This document shows positions 12,475-24,705 of a stretch of 64,000 nucleotides of DNA, one piece after another. The position numbers were made by a program, and so were the translations under genes. This stretch comes from Sminthopsis crassicaudata (Eukaryota), in NCBI RefSeq assembly GCF_048593235.1, contig NC_133619.1, positions 173,118,454 through 173,182,453 of the forward strand, written 5' to 3'. Numbering within the stretch: position 1 is the first letter of the stretch; the number at the start of each line of letters is the position of its first letter. Below the pieces are notes generated by a model that made no database searches, was not told the DNA's origin, and worked only from the letters and a program-made list of their open reading frames with translations.

Positions 12475-12647
12475 CTCTACTGGGAGGATATCAATAAATA
12501 AACAAATAAACCATCGGGAAACTACTAAGGTCCACATGACATTATGTCGATCCATTAAGTTTGCCACAGATGGGATTTTCATCTTCACAAGCTCACCAAG
12601 AACTTCTTGATCTGTTTTCAAACCCATCATTGCAGGACTATAGTAAT
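12475..12647 (-). CDS. GRTP1: GRTP1 coding exon 6 (173 nt): (D)YYSPAMMGLKTDQEVLGELVKMKIPSVANLMDRHNVMWTLVVSRWFICLFIDILPVE
   Basis: Lies within ORF 12463..12684. Acceptor ttctgtcaaag| (AAG type) and donor |gtaagg. Phase fits exons 5 and 7. Confidence 0.97.
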
Positions 12648-13899
12648 CTTTGACAGAAAGAATGGAGAAAAAAAATAATGTCATTGAATATCATATATTC
12701 TTTAAGAAAGGAGTATCAATTTAATCATAAAAACCACAGGATTTCAGAGTTAAAGGACAACTCAGTACAGTTCTCTTCTTTCATAGATGAAAAAAATAAA
12801 GCCCAGAGAGTTTTAAGTATATTGACTTTGGCAGAACCGAGATTAAAATCCAGACTCCAAATCCAATACTATTTGGGCTCACAATAGCCATTATTTCCCC
12901 TTGTTAACTTTAATACATCTCCTTTGTTTATTAAACTTTTAAAAACAAAATTAGCAACATGGGACACACCTTCAATGACAAAATTAAAGGAAGAACTATG
13001 TGAAGGACTCTCCCAGACCCTTCACAGAAAACTAACACTGTTTTGATCTTAAAATCAAACAGACTTCAATAACCACAACTACTTCTTGAAATGACCACTG
13101 GGGGGAATACTGGTGCTTTAAAAACAAAGTATGCTTTCAGCCATGCACTCACTCATTTATTTGGTGCCTACAAGCTGTAGCTGATGTCTTTCTTCCTAAG
13201 GGGAGAGATGAACATAGGCTTGAATTTTCTGAATGCTGGGCAATTCAATTTCAGTTGTAAATTTGGGGAGGGGGTGTGCAAATTGCTTTCATTGGAGTTA
13301 ATAGGCAACTTACTATGACAGTTTTCAGAGGGAATTTCCAGAGGAAAACCCTCAAAACACTGCAGCTCAACTTGAAAAGTAGGAGAAAAGGATACTAAGG
13401 GAATCATACAGTGACTGGTCCAAAGGATCTGTATTTTGTTTGTGTTCCTGCTGAAGGTGGTCACTCTTTTCATATGTTACCCCTGAAAACTGATCTCCTT
13501 ATTAGAAGAAAAATTATTTTGATTTTAATAGAGAAGATAAAGAATTTCTAGACAAGAAGAAATAAATAAATCAGAAAGTAAATATGAAAGAAAGATTTTG
13601 AAGAGGTGATGGGAATAAAATAAGGGTTAAGCAGAAGAATGGGACAGAAGAAAAGAAATACTGCAGTAATGGAGAAACAGATTTGTTAAACCCATCCCAA
13701 AGAGGATAAATTTAGACTTTTGATGAGATTGCACTCTATTGCCAAGAAAGGATAGTGATGTAGAAAAGGTTAATAAAGAAGATTAAACTTATAGATTTGT
13801 CTTCTGCAAATTCCGGGGAGTTGGTTGTTAAGCATTTACAAGAACACAATTCCTAGAATCTAGAAGGAACAAAGAATTCTACTGTGGAGCAGGGAGTAT

Positions 13900-14100
13900 T
13901 TATATAGCACCTATTATGCACCAGGCAAGGTGCTAAGCATTTTTAACTCATAACAATCTTTAAAGGTAGATGTTATCATCCCCATTTTTATAGTTGAGGA
14001 AACTGGGACAACAAGAGATTGTGAAATACCCAATGTCACACATCTAGTAAGAGTCTGAGACCAGATTTGATACATTTCCTCAAGTTGATGCTGATCCATC
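13900..14100 (-). mobile_element. MIR/Ther-type CORE-SINE
   Basis: gttatcatccccattttatagttgaggaaactggg...aatgtcacacatctagtaag is the CORE domain in reverse. Confidence 0.7.
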
Positions 14101-14119
14101 CAGTAATACATTAAAAAAG

Positions 14120-14440
14120 AAAAGAAGTCATTAAAAATGTTTAATCTGGAGAAGGAAAGACTTACATGGAACATGATAGCTGTCTTCAAATATCTAAAGA
14201 TTTGCTATCCAGAGGATGAATTAGGCTGGCTTTGTTCAGCATCAGAGTATAGGATTGGGAGCAATGGGTAGCAATTATATAGTGAGGCAGATTTTGACTC
14301 AACATAAGTAAACATTTCTAAACTGGAATTGCCTTCATTTTAAAGATTTTGAGCTTACCACAACTTCCATCTTTATAAATTGACGGTGGATGACTGTTGA
14401 TAGAGTATTGTGGAATCAATTTCTTACACTGAGTGGGAGA
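14120..14440 (+). mobile_element. CR1/L3 3' fragment
   Basis: atgtttaatctggagaagg...catgatagctgtcttcaaatatctaaag...aggcagattttgactcaacataag is a CR1 3' signature. Confidence 0.7.
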
Positions 14441-14449
14441 TTAGATTAG

Positions 14450-16535
14450 TAATAACAGTTCACATTATACACAGTAACAGCAAGATTATGTGATGATCAA
14501 CTGTGATAGATTTGACTCTTCTCAATAATGCAGTGATTCAGAGTAGTTCCAATGGACTTGTGATGGAAAGTGCCATCCGCATCCAGAGGGAGAACTATGT
14601 AAACTGAAAGTGGATTGAAGCACAGTCTTTTCATCTTTTTCTCCCTATTTCTCATGTTTTTTTCTCTTTTGGTCTGATTTTTCTTGCACTTGATAAATAT
14701 GGAAATGTTTAGAAGAACTGCACATATTTAACCTATATCAGATTGCTTGCTGTCTTGGGGAGGAGGAAACTAAGGGAGGAAGAGAGAAAACTCTGGGACA
14801 CTAAGTCTTACAAAAATGAATTTGAAAACTATCTTTACATGTATTAGGAAAATAAAATGCTTTTGAGAAAAAAGAAGAAAAATAATAATAGCAATTCATA
14901 TTTAAATCATCTGTGATTTTAAAATGCTAAGCAAAACAGAAATAAAAGAGAAATAGCGTCTGTCCTCCTGGAACATATATCTTACTGGGGGAGGCACATA
15001 TGTGCATATACATGTATAATAAAATAGCTACCAGGTGATTTTCAAGGAGAAGGAACAAACAGCCAAGAGAAATCAAGAAAGGCTTGATAAGTGAATAGTG
15101 ATTATAAAAAGAGAGATGCATACTGCATTCCGAGCACAAGGAAAAGCCAACTCAAAGGCATGAAGATGGATAATGGAGTCAGGGTATATGAAGAGCAGTA
15201 AGAAAACAAATGGCTCCTTTTTATTCTTCAAAATGTCCCAGTGGCAATAGGGGCATAGCTTAACAAATTGTGATATATGAATACAGTGGTATACTATTGC
15301 TCTACAAGAAATGATGCACAGGCAGATGTTAGAAAAATCTGATGCTGAGTAAAGTGAGCAGAAATAAGAGAACACTGTATACAGTAACAGCAACACTATA
15401 CAGATGATCAACTTTGATAGACTTTGCTCTTCTCAGCAATACAATAACTTTAGACAATTCTAAAAGATTCACCATGGAGAATACTATCTCCATATCTAGG
15501 GAAAGAACCATGGAGTCTGAAGGCAAATTGAAGTATACTATTTTCACTTTTTTTCCTCTTGTTCTGATTCTTTTTTTTCACAACATGACTAATGTGTAAT
15601 AATAATAAATACATTTATACATAATAAATACATTTATTATGATTGTACATGTATCGCCTATATTGATTGCTATCTTGGGGAGGGCAGTGAGAAAAAAATG
15701 GAAATCAAAATTTTATAAAAGTAATGACAAAAACTAGTAAATTAAAAAAAAAAAAGGACAAAAAAAAGTAGAAGACAAAAATCTCTCAAGTTAAGGGGAA
15801 AAAATATATCTTTCACCAAAGGAGAAGATAGAGGCAATTACAAAAGATAAAATAGTTAACTTTAATTACCTGAAACTGCATCTAAAATAAGAAGGAAAGT
15901 GGTTCAAAGAGAAAAAAAATCTTTGTATGAAATTTTCCTAATAGATATTCAAGATACATTTAAAAAATGTGAGTGGATAGCCATTAGTTGGGGAATGGCT
16001 GAATAAATTATGGTATATGAATGTAATATATATATAAAAGTTTCATAAGAAATGATAAGCAGGCTGATTTCAGGAAAGCTTGGAAAGATTTATGTGAACT
16101 GATGCTGAATGAAGTGAGCAGAATTAAGATAACATTGTACATTAACAAGATAATATGATGATCAACTGTAATAAATTTGATTCTTAATAATGTGATGATT
16201 CAAAACAATTACAATAGACTTGGGATGGAGAATGCCATCTCCAGAGAGAGAACTATGGAGACTGAGTATGGAGCGAATCATTGTATTTTCACTTTTTTAT
16301 TGTATGTTTTTCTCGTGGTTTTTTCCCTTTTGATCTGATTTTTGCACAACATTACAAATATGGAAATATGTTTGAAAGGACTGCACATATTTAACCTATT
16401 TCTGATTGCTTTTTGTCTTAGGGAGAGGGGAGATAAGAGAGGGAGAAAAATTTGAAATGCAAAATCTTACAAAAATGAACGTTGAAAACTATCTTTACAT
16501 GTATTTGGAAAAATAAAACACTATTGAGGGGGGGA
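14450..16535 (+). mobile_element. Cluster of three tandem L1 3'-end fragments (~14450-14880, ~15220-15730, ~15750-16535)
   Basis: Repeated gatgatcaact...gagaactatgg...aaaactatctttacatgtatt...aaaataaa L1 3' UTR motifs, each ending in an A-rich tail. Confidence 0.8.
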
Positions 16536-16589
16536 AAAAAATGTCCCAGTGGTACAATGCAAAGTTTTGAGGTTAAAAAGAAAGGCAAA

Positions 16590-16741
16590 GGGGCAGCTAG
16601 GTGGCGCAGTGGATAGAGCACCAGCCTTGAGTTCAGGAGGACCAGAGTTCAAATCTGGTCTCAGACACTTAACAAGTCCTAGCTGTGTGACCCTGGGCAA
16701 GTCACTTAACCCCAGCCTCAAAAAAAAAAAAAAAAAAAAAA
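16590..16741 (+). mobile_element. Young tRNA-derived short SINE (WSINE1-like) with poly(A) and TSD
   Basis: GGGGCAGCTAGGTGGCGCAGTGG head with A box and B-box-like gagttcaaatc, an A22 tail, and TSD aaaggcaaa at 16581-16589 and 16739-16747. CpG is retained. Confidence 0.9.
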
Positions 16742-18332
16742 GGCAAAACAAACAAACTCAAACCTAAACCAAAACCAAAACAATCTACCCAAACCTAGTC
16801 CCTGCTCTTAAGGAGTTTGCAATCTAATGGGAGAAACTATTATCGGAGATAATAGCCTGGGGAGGAAAGGCACTAAGTTAAAGCGAGTAAATCTTTTGAA
16901 GGTGGGGTTTTAAATCTGGCAGGAACCAGAGAAGCCAGGAGGTAGAGGTGAGGAAGTAGAACGTTCCAGGTTTGAGCAATAGTCACCAGGAAAATGTCTG
17001 TCATTGGGAGTCTTGCGCAAGAATGGAAAGAAGACAGGGTCACTGGGTCAGAGAGTAATGAATAGGAAGACTGGAAAGATTAGGAAGGGACATGTACTAT
17101 AAGAACAGATCCTGTGGTTTTAAAAGCTAAACTCGGAAACTGCGAACAAAGTCTTTGGAGGGAACTGAAGTAAAAGAATAAAGATCAGTCTGGAAGGGAG
17201 AGGAGCTCAATCTCAGCAGTCACAAATGTGACTCTCAGCAAAAGTACCTGCTTCAAGGACAGCTCCTGATTGCTGAGGTCTTTTCCTTTCCCCTTAAGAT
17301 GAATCTGTATGGAATCTGTCCTTCGCTCCCCAAGTGGACGCTGCTGTCAGCTGATTTGGGGTGATACTAGGACAGTGATGATATAATGTAGCAAACATAT
17401 TAACCAGAACCACACTAAATCTTAATTCTATCTGTCCCCTGGATGTAGACAGCAGATTCTCAATTATCTACACAAGATTTTTTTTTGCCACACTAAGCCA
17501 TCTCTTGTTTTCTCTGCCTTCAGCAAATCTTTTAAAGGGATATATCATCTAAGGCTGTTTACTGTTTATGTATTTACCAGGAGATCCTGAACAATGTGCC
17601 AAATTCCCTTATCCTTATGAATTACGATGGGGGAAAAGTGCTAAAACAGGCAAAGTTCCCTATCTTCCTCTGCTCCATTTTCTTTCATATAACATCCCAT
17701 TTGCAACAGGGGACAAGGAAGGGAACAGTCTTTCAAAAGCATTTCTTCTCTTTCTTATTGCAGTCATTAACAGGGACTTAAATTCTACAAGCAATGCCCA
17801 TGACACCCAAAACAGCCTAAGATGAAATTGGCTTCCAGCATCCCAGAACAATAACAGGATTTGTTAAGAAGAAAGGATAAAGGCTAATCCTGCCGTGACC
17901 TTGTTCTCAGTTACAGAGAACTTGAGAAGAGGTTCCAAAAATAAAGGCACTCTATCAGAAACTGTAATATGCTTAATCACCAGGCTCAGGTCACTAAGGT
18001 ATGATAATTAAATTAAATGCAGAGCCTTTCTTACTTTCCCCTCTTTACATGTCTGAGGCAAGACAACCGCTACTGATTCAAGAACTGCTTGTCAGACACT
18101 CCATCCCATTCCCAACCCCCAATACTGATTCTTAAGCAGAGGGACATCAAGTTAAAGAGATTTTAAAGAAAAGAAGCCCCCCTGGCATAGCAGATAGAGA
18201 ACTATTAATATCAAAGAGACCCGGATTCAAGGCTTGACAACTAAAATGACAAACACAAAAAATGCTTATTTCTAGGTCTGTTTTTTTGCTTCATAAGCTG
18301 GTATTGCTACATGTATATGTATATGAAAAAAT

Positions 18333-18363
<31 letters not shown>

Positions 18364-18365
18364 CA
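18333..18365 (+). repeat. (CA)n microsatellite
   Basis: Directly visible, imperfect. Confidence 0.9.
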
Positions 18366-21316
18366 AATCTATATATTAAAGCAAGCACCTCTTTCTTTCT
18401 CTCTTGACACACAGAATCAGAGGGAGGAGAGAAAAGACGGGGACCTAGGTTTCAGGTAGGCCTTCTGAGTCTCATAAGGAATAATGGGCAGTTATCTAGA
18501 GAATCCTAAAATATATATTTTATAATATACGTGCTTATAGATACACACATGTGTACATACACATTTACATATACTAACATGTATATAAATATAGATATAG
18601 TATATATCAACTTGTGCAACATGAAAGACAATATGGAAAGTTGGCCTTGGATTCAGAAAGGCCCAGATTCATATCCTTCCTCTGACACATACTGGCTGCA
18701 TGATCTTGTGTAACTCACTTCATCTTACATAACCCAGGTGATTCAAAGACTCTAAGTTACAAATGAGTTAGCTGCCTGCTAATTTACTTAGGTAGAAATA
18801 GGAGGAATTCTATACACTAATGAAATTTCAGTTTTAGGGAAAAACAAACCAAAATGTAGTCTTACACAAATCTAGAGTCATTTTGCCATGAAGGAACTAA
18901 AGGAAGAAGTAGTGGGATGCCACATAAATATACTGAGTTTAAGTGTTACCAGAAAGCAGTATTACTATTCTAACAATAGCAATAAAAACAAAAAGAAAGA
19001 CTTGCATAAAGTAAGGTATTTAATAAATAAATGTTTCATCAAATTACTATCATCATCATTCTCATGAAAGTTCAGAATCTTTATGGACATTCAAATCCTT
19101 GGAAATCATTTAATAATAAAGTCATTTTTTCTTTTTACTTCCTTATCCTTAAAATATAATAGGGAATTCTTTGGCATTCCCTTTCTCTTATAGGGAAGAC
19201 ATTTGTTAAATACTGATATCTAAAACAATGCTCTGTGTCTTAGAATGATACATTCTATGAGAAAACATAACCCTCTGATATACAAGTTCCTAGACAACAG
19301 GTGCTGCTTTTGTATACCGAAAGTAGCAAATGGGATAGGTGAGGGCTTAAAGGCATTTGATGACAGTTTGTAAACAAGGACGGCTCTATAAATCTTGATG
19401 CCTATATATTTTTATATTCCCTACAAGGAGTTTACAAGTGCCACAGAATAACCACAGTAAGAATTTATTCTTCTTTCATGGCATTTTTATTTTTTTTTGG
19501 TTCACAGCTGTGATTTCAGTTGTGTAGAGAAATACTTGTGAGGAAATTTCCTTCAAGTGACGGAGGTTGGCAACTATTTATTAATTTTTAATCTTTTTTC
19601 TTTATCCTTGGATAGCTTATATTCTTTTTATTTAAAAAATTAAAAACATTTTAAATTTTATTTTTAATTTATGGAATAAAACAAGCATTTTCTTATGATA
19701 GTACAATAAATGTAATTTTTAATCTAAAAACAATTACTTTGAACACTATAGTATGATGCTGAATAAAGAGTGCTACATTTGGAGTCAAAGAACTTGGGTT
19801 CAAAAGTTGTATCAGTCACTTACTACAAGGAGGATCTTGGGAAAATCACCCTCTCTATATCTCAGTTTCTTCAACTCTAATTATTTGGTGAGTCCACACC
19901 ATCCCTGAAAGAAAACTTGAATATTTCCATGTTATTTATTGCCTCCCAATCACTTGGCAATCATAATAATCTTGTCTATTATTAATCTTAAGTCTATGCT
20001 TTCATATAATAGCAATTTGGGAATCCCAGTTATAGCCCTGAAACTCCTAGAAAGGGAAGTGAAAGGATATAAAGATAAAAAGTATGTAATTATGATTTAT
20101 AAAGACATAAAGTCCTTGCCTTTGAGGAACTCATACTCTAATGTATAAGCAAAATCCTGGTTTCATCCATATCCTTTCTGAGTATCAGAAAGCTCATAAA
20201 ATTACTGTTATGTTGCCTCTAGCTCCTGCCCACACCATCCACCAGCCCAAGCTGATAACACATATAATAAGCATTGTAGTGACTTTGGAAAGTGAAGTCA
20301 GAGAACCAGGGTTTAATTCCAGTTCTGCCACCTGCTACCCATGTGAGTGTGGAAGAATTGTGCATTGATATGAAGTAAAGAAAGCAGACCTATAAAAAGA
20401 ATATCTACAGAGATAAGCTATGTGGGGAAAGTCTACACAAACACCACGATAAATGACTAGAGATTAGATTTATTTATTTGTTATCTGCTTTATTAAAAAG
20501 TCAAAATTTTAACATATATCTAATCTGTTTCTATATTTAAAGTTAATTATAAATTACTTGGAAAAAAAAGAAAAGAAGAAAAAGAATATAGAATATAAGT
20601 ATTTTAAACACTTTCCCAAACTGATGTTTGGGTATGGCAATATGTCTGAAGTCTACATACACAGTTAGCTAATAGTAATAATAGCTAATAATAATAGTCA
20701 AGATGAAAAGAGAGAAAGTAAAAGGTGGGGGAAAGAAGATGGAGACAGGTACACAGCAATTATAACTGGGAATGTGAATGGGATGATCTCACCCATAAAA
20801 TCAGAGCAGAATGGATTAGAAACCAGAATCCAGTAATAAGTTGTTTATAAGAAACACGTTTGGAATAGAAAGATACAAGACAGAGTTAAAATAAGAGGCA
20901 GGAACAGAATCTATTATGCTTCAGCTAAAGTTTAAAAAAAAAAAAAGACAGGAGTAGCAATTATGATCTTAATGCAAAAATAGCTCTAATTTAAGAGATA
21001 AACAGGGAAATTACATTTTGCTAAAAGTTACCATAGTCAATGAAGTAATATCAATACTAAACATATATGCACCAAATGGCATAGCATCCAACTTCTAAAA
21101 GGAAAAGTTACAGAAGGAAGCAGACAGTAAAACTATACTAGTGAGGGACCTCAACTTTTTCTTCTCAGAACTAGATACATCTAATAATAAAATAAATAAA
21201 AAAGAAGGCAAGGAGATAAAAGAGTCTTAAGAAAAATTAAATAAGATAGACCTCTGGAGAAAACCAAAAGGAAATAGAAAGAAGACTACTTTTTTTTCCA
21301 GTGCAAATGGCACTTT

Positions 21317-21462
21317 TTTTTTTTTCCCCCCCTGAGGCTGGGGTTAGTGACTTGCCCAGGGTCACACAGCTAGGAATTATTAAGTATCTGAGATCACATT
21401 TGAACTCAGGTCCTCCTGAATTCAAGGCTGGGGCTTTATCCACTGCGCCACCTAGCTGCCCC
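21317..21462 (-). mobile_element. Young WSINE1-like SINE inserted in L1 ORF2
   Basis: Reverse complement of the 16590 copy, about 92% identical by my manual alignment. TSD aaatggcacttt (21305-21316) and aaaaggcacttt (21464-21475). Confidence 0.9.
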
Positions 21463-23327
21463 TAAAAGGCACTTTCAAAAAAAAAAAACCCAACAAACTG
21501 ATCACTTATTAGGGAATTTAAAAACCTTACAAACAAATGCAGATAAGCAGGAATATTAAGTGAATCCTTTTAAGACCATAATGCCATAAAAGTTACATTC
21601 AACAAAGGGCCATAGAAACACAGAAAAAAATTCATTGGAAACAAAATAATTTAATCCTAAAAAATGAGTGGGTCAAATAACAAATTATAGAAACAATCAA
21701 TAATTTCATTAAAGAGGATGATAATAATGAGACAGTATATGGGATGCAGCCAAAGCATTACTTAAAGGAAAATTTATATCTCTAAATACGTATGTCACTT
21801 AAAAAAAAAAAAAAAACAACACAAATCAACAAACCGGACATGCAATTAAAAAAAAAGAAAACTAGAAAATGAACAATTTAAAAATCCCCTAATAAACACC
21901 AAATTGGAAATCGTGAAAATTAAAGGAAAGATGAATAAAAAAAGAAAATTAGAAGCTGGTTTTATTGAGGGGAGGAGACAACAGAAAAGGTAAGTCACTG
22001 ATTAATTTGATAAATTTTGATTAAAATTTGATTTTTTAAAAAAGAAAACCACCTTACCAGTATCAAAGCCGAAAAGGGTAAATGACAAGGGTGAAATAGG
22101 TGCTTTTTGCCCAGTTATATGCCAATAAGTCTGGAATCATGTGAAATGGATGAATATTTTCAAAACCACAAATAGCCCAGATCAATAGAAGAGGAAATGG
22201 AATATTTAAAAATATAAAAAGCATAAAAAAAGAAACTGATTAGGCCATCAACACCCTCCTTAAGAACAAGAAAAAGCAATCCAGGACCAGATGGATGTGA
22301 AAAGAATTCTACCAAACATTAAACAACAATTAATTCCAATACTATGTAAACAATTTAGGAAAATAAGCAAAGAAGGAGTCCTACCAAATTCCTTTTGAGA
22401 TAAATATGATGCTGATACCTAAACTAGGAAAAGCAAAGACAGAAAAAGAAAATTATAAGCAAGCTAATGTAATAAAAATGACAATTCTACCTAAATTAAT
22501 TTATTTATTTAGTTTCCTACCAATCAAAGTAGCATAAAATTATTTTAGAGAGCTAGAAAAAAACATCAAAATTCAACTGGAAAAACAAAGTCAAGAATAT
22601 CAAGGGAATCAATGAAAAAATAAATGGGAAGGAAGGTGGCTAAGCAGTATTAAATCCCAGTAATTATAAAGCAGTAATTATTAAAACAATTTATGGAATG
22701 GTGAAATCAGTAGATTAAGTATATGTTAGGCATTCTACTGTCTACCACAGGACATAGTAGTAAATGATCATAGTAATCTAGTGTTTTATAAACAAATATT
22801 AAAAAAGAAATTTTTTATAAAAAAATATAGTGTTTTATAAACCCAAAGTTCTGGGTATGAGAACTCATTATCTGAAAAAAAATTTTGCTAGGAAAACTGG
22901 AAAACAATTTGGCGGAAACTAGGTATATAGACTAACATCTCATATTGCATACCAAGATAAGGTTAAAATGGGTATGTGATTTAGACAAATGAGGGGAGCA
23001 TGGACAATTTTACCTGTTAGATCTATGAATAATGAAAGAATTTGTGACCAAATGAGAGAGAAAGAGGATCATGGGATGAAAAATGTATAATTTTGATTAA
23101 ACTAAAAAGATTTTGCACAAATGAAACCAATGTAGTCAAAGTTAGAAAGCAAGCAGGAAAACGGGGGCTAGGGGAAATTTTAAATACAAGTTTCTATGAT
23201 AAAGGCTTCATTTCACAAATATATAGGAAACTGAATCAAATTAATAAGGATATTATTCCCCAATAAATTATCAAAGTTATTAATAGGTAGTTTTTAGAAG
23301 AAGAAATCAAAGCTATCCATCAGTTTA

Positions 23328-23570
23328 GTCATTTTTCAATCATGTCTGATTCTTTGTGACCCTATTTGAGATTTTCTTGGCAAGGATAATGAAGTGATTT
23401 GTTATTCTCTTCTCAAGCTCATTCTATAGATACATAGTAGTAAATTAGGGAAACAGGGTTAAGTGATTTGCCCACAGTCTCACAGTTAATAAGTGTCTGA
23501 GGCCAGATTTGAACTCGAGGAGATGAGCCTTCCTGACGCCAAGCCCAACACTCTATCCATTGCACCATGG
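23328..23570 (-). mobile_element. MAR1-like CORE-SINE inserted in L1
   Basis: tttcaatcatgtctgattctttgtgaccctatttgagattttcttggcaag tail, plus CORE and tRNA head in reverse. Confidence 0.75.
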
Positions 23571-24303
23571 TCTGTTTAAGCTATTAATAGTCATATGAGG
23601 AAAAAAATACTCTAAATCACATTGGAGAAAGGTAAGTTAAAACTTTGAGGTTGCATCTCACACTTGTCAGACTGGTTAATATGACAGAAAGGAAAATGAC
23701 AAATGTTGAAGGGGATGTAGAAAAATTGAGACACTAATGCTCTACTGACGGAATTGTGAATTGATCTGGTCATTCGGAAAAGCAATTTGGAATTACACTC
23801 AAATAAAACTGCATACCCCTTGACCCAGAAATAGTAATACTACATCTGTATACCAAAGAGAGTTTAAAAAAAGGAAAAAAAGAAAGAAAAAAGAAAAGTA
23901 CTTATGTAGACAAAAATGTAGCAGGTTTTGGGGTTTTTTTAATTTTTATTTTTTGCAATGGCGAAGAATTGGAAATTGAGAATATCAATTATGGAATGAC
24001 TAAACAAGTTGTAGCATATGATCATGATGCAATACTATTATACCATAAGAAATGATGAACAGGATGATTTCAGAAAAAAACTAGGACTTATATGAACTGA
24101 TATAAAGTGAAATGAGCCAAACAAGAACACTGTACATAGAAATGGCAATATTGCATGATGATCAAGTGTGAATGAATTAGCTATTCTTATCAGTACAATG
24201 ATCTAAGAAAATTTTTGAAGGACTTATGATGAAAATTTCTATCTACCTCTAGAGAAAAAACTTCTAGAAAAAACTTCTAGAGGCTCAATGAAGATTGAAA
24301 TGT

Positions 24304-24306
<3 letters not shown>

Positions 24307-24342
<36 letters not shown>
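24307..24342 (+). repeat. Poly(T) run of 36 nt inside the L1 3' UTR
   Basis: Directly visible. Confidence 0.95.
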
Positions 24343-24347
<5 letters not shown>

Positions 24348-24493
24348 CCTCATTTTTCTTGCTTTTTTGGATTCATGGCTAATATAAAAATCTGTTTTGC
24401 CTTCCCAATAGGTAGGGGAAGGATGGGAGGAAGAGAATCCAGAAGTAAAATTTTAAGAATAATGTTAAAAATAAATGAATAGTCTAAAGGGAA

Positions 24494-24705
24494 NNNNNNN
24501 NNNNNNNNNNNNNNNNNNNNNNNNNNNNNNNNNNNNNNNNNNNNNNNNNNNNNNNNNNNNNNNNNNNNNNNNNNNNNNNNNNNNNNNNNNNNNNNNNNNN
24601 NNNNNNNNNNNNNNNNNNNNNNNNNNNNNNNNNNNNNNNNNNNNNNNNNNNNNNNNNNNNNNNNNNNNNNNNNNNNNNNNNNNNNNNNNNNNNNNNNNNN
24701 NNNNN
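24494..24705. other. Assembly gap (212 N)
   Basis: Run of n. ORFs 24350..24790, 24465..24740 and 24475..24756 are artefacts of it. Confidence 1.

Larger units (their letters stand above)
20700..24480 (+). mobile_element. Decayed L1 ORF2 (endonuclease through C-terminus) and 3' UTR, with internal deletions and nested SINEs
   Basis: EN-start motif (ataactgggaatgtgaatgggatga..ctcacccataaaa), RT-region motifs (ccaggaccagatgga, aattctaccaaacatt) and a 3' UTR. Many stops and frameshifts. Confidence 0.85.
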
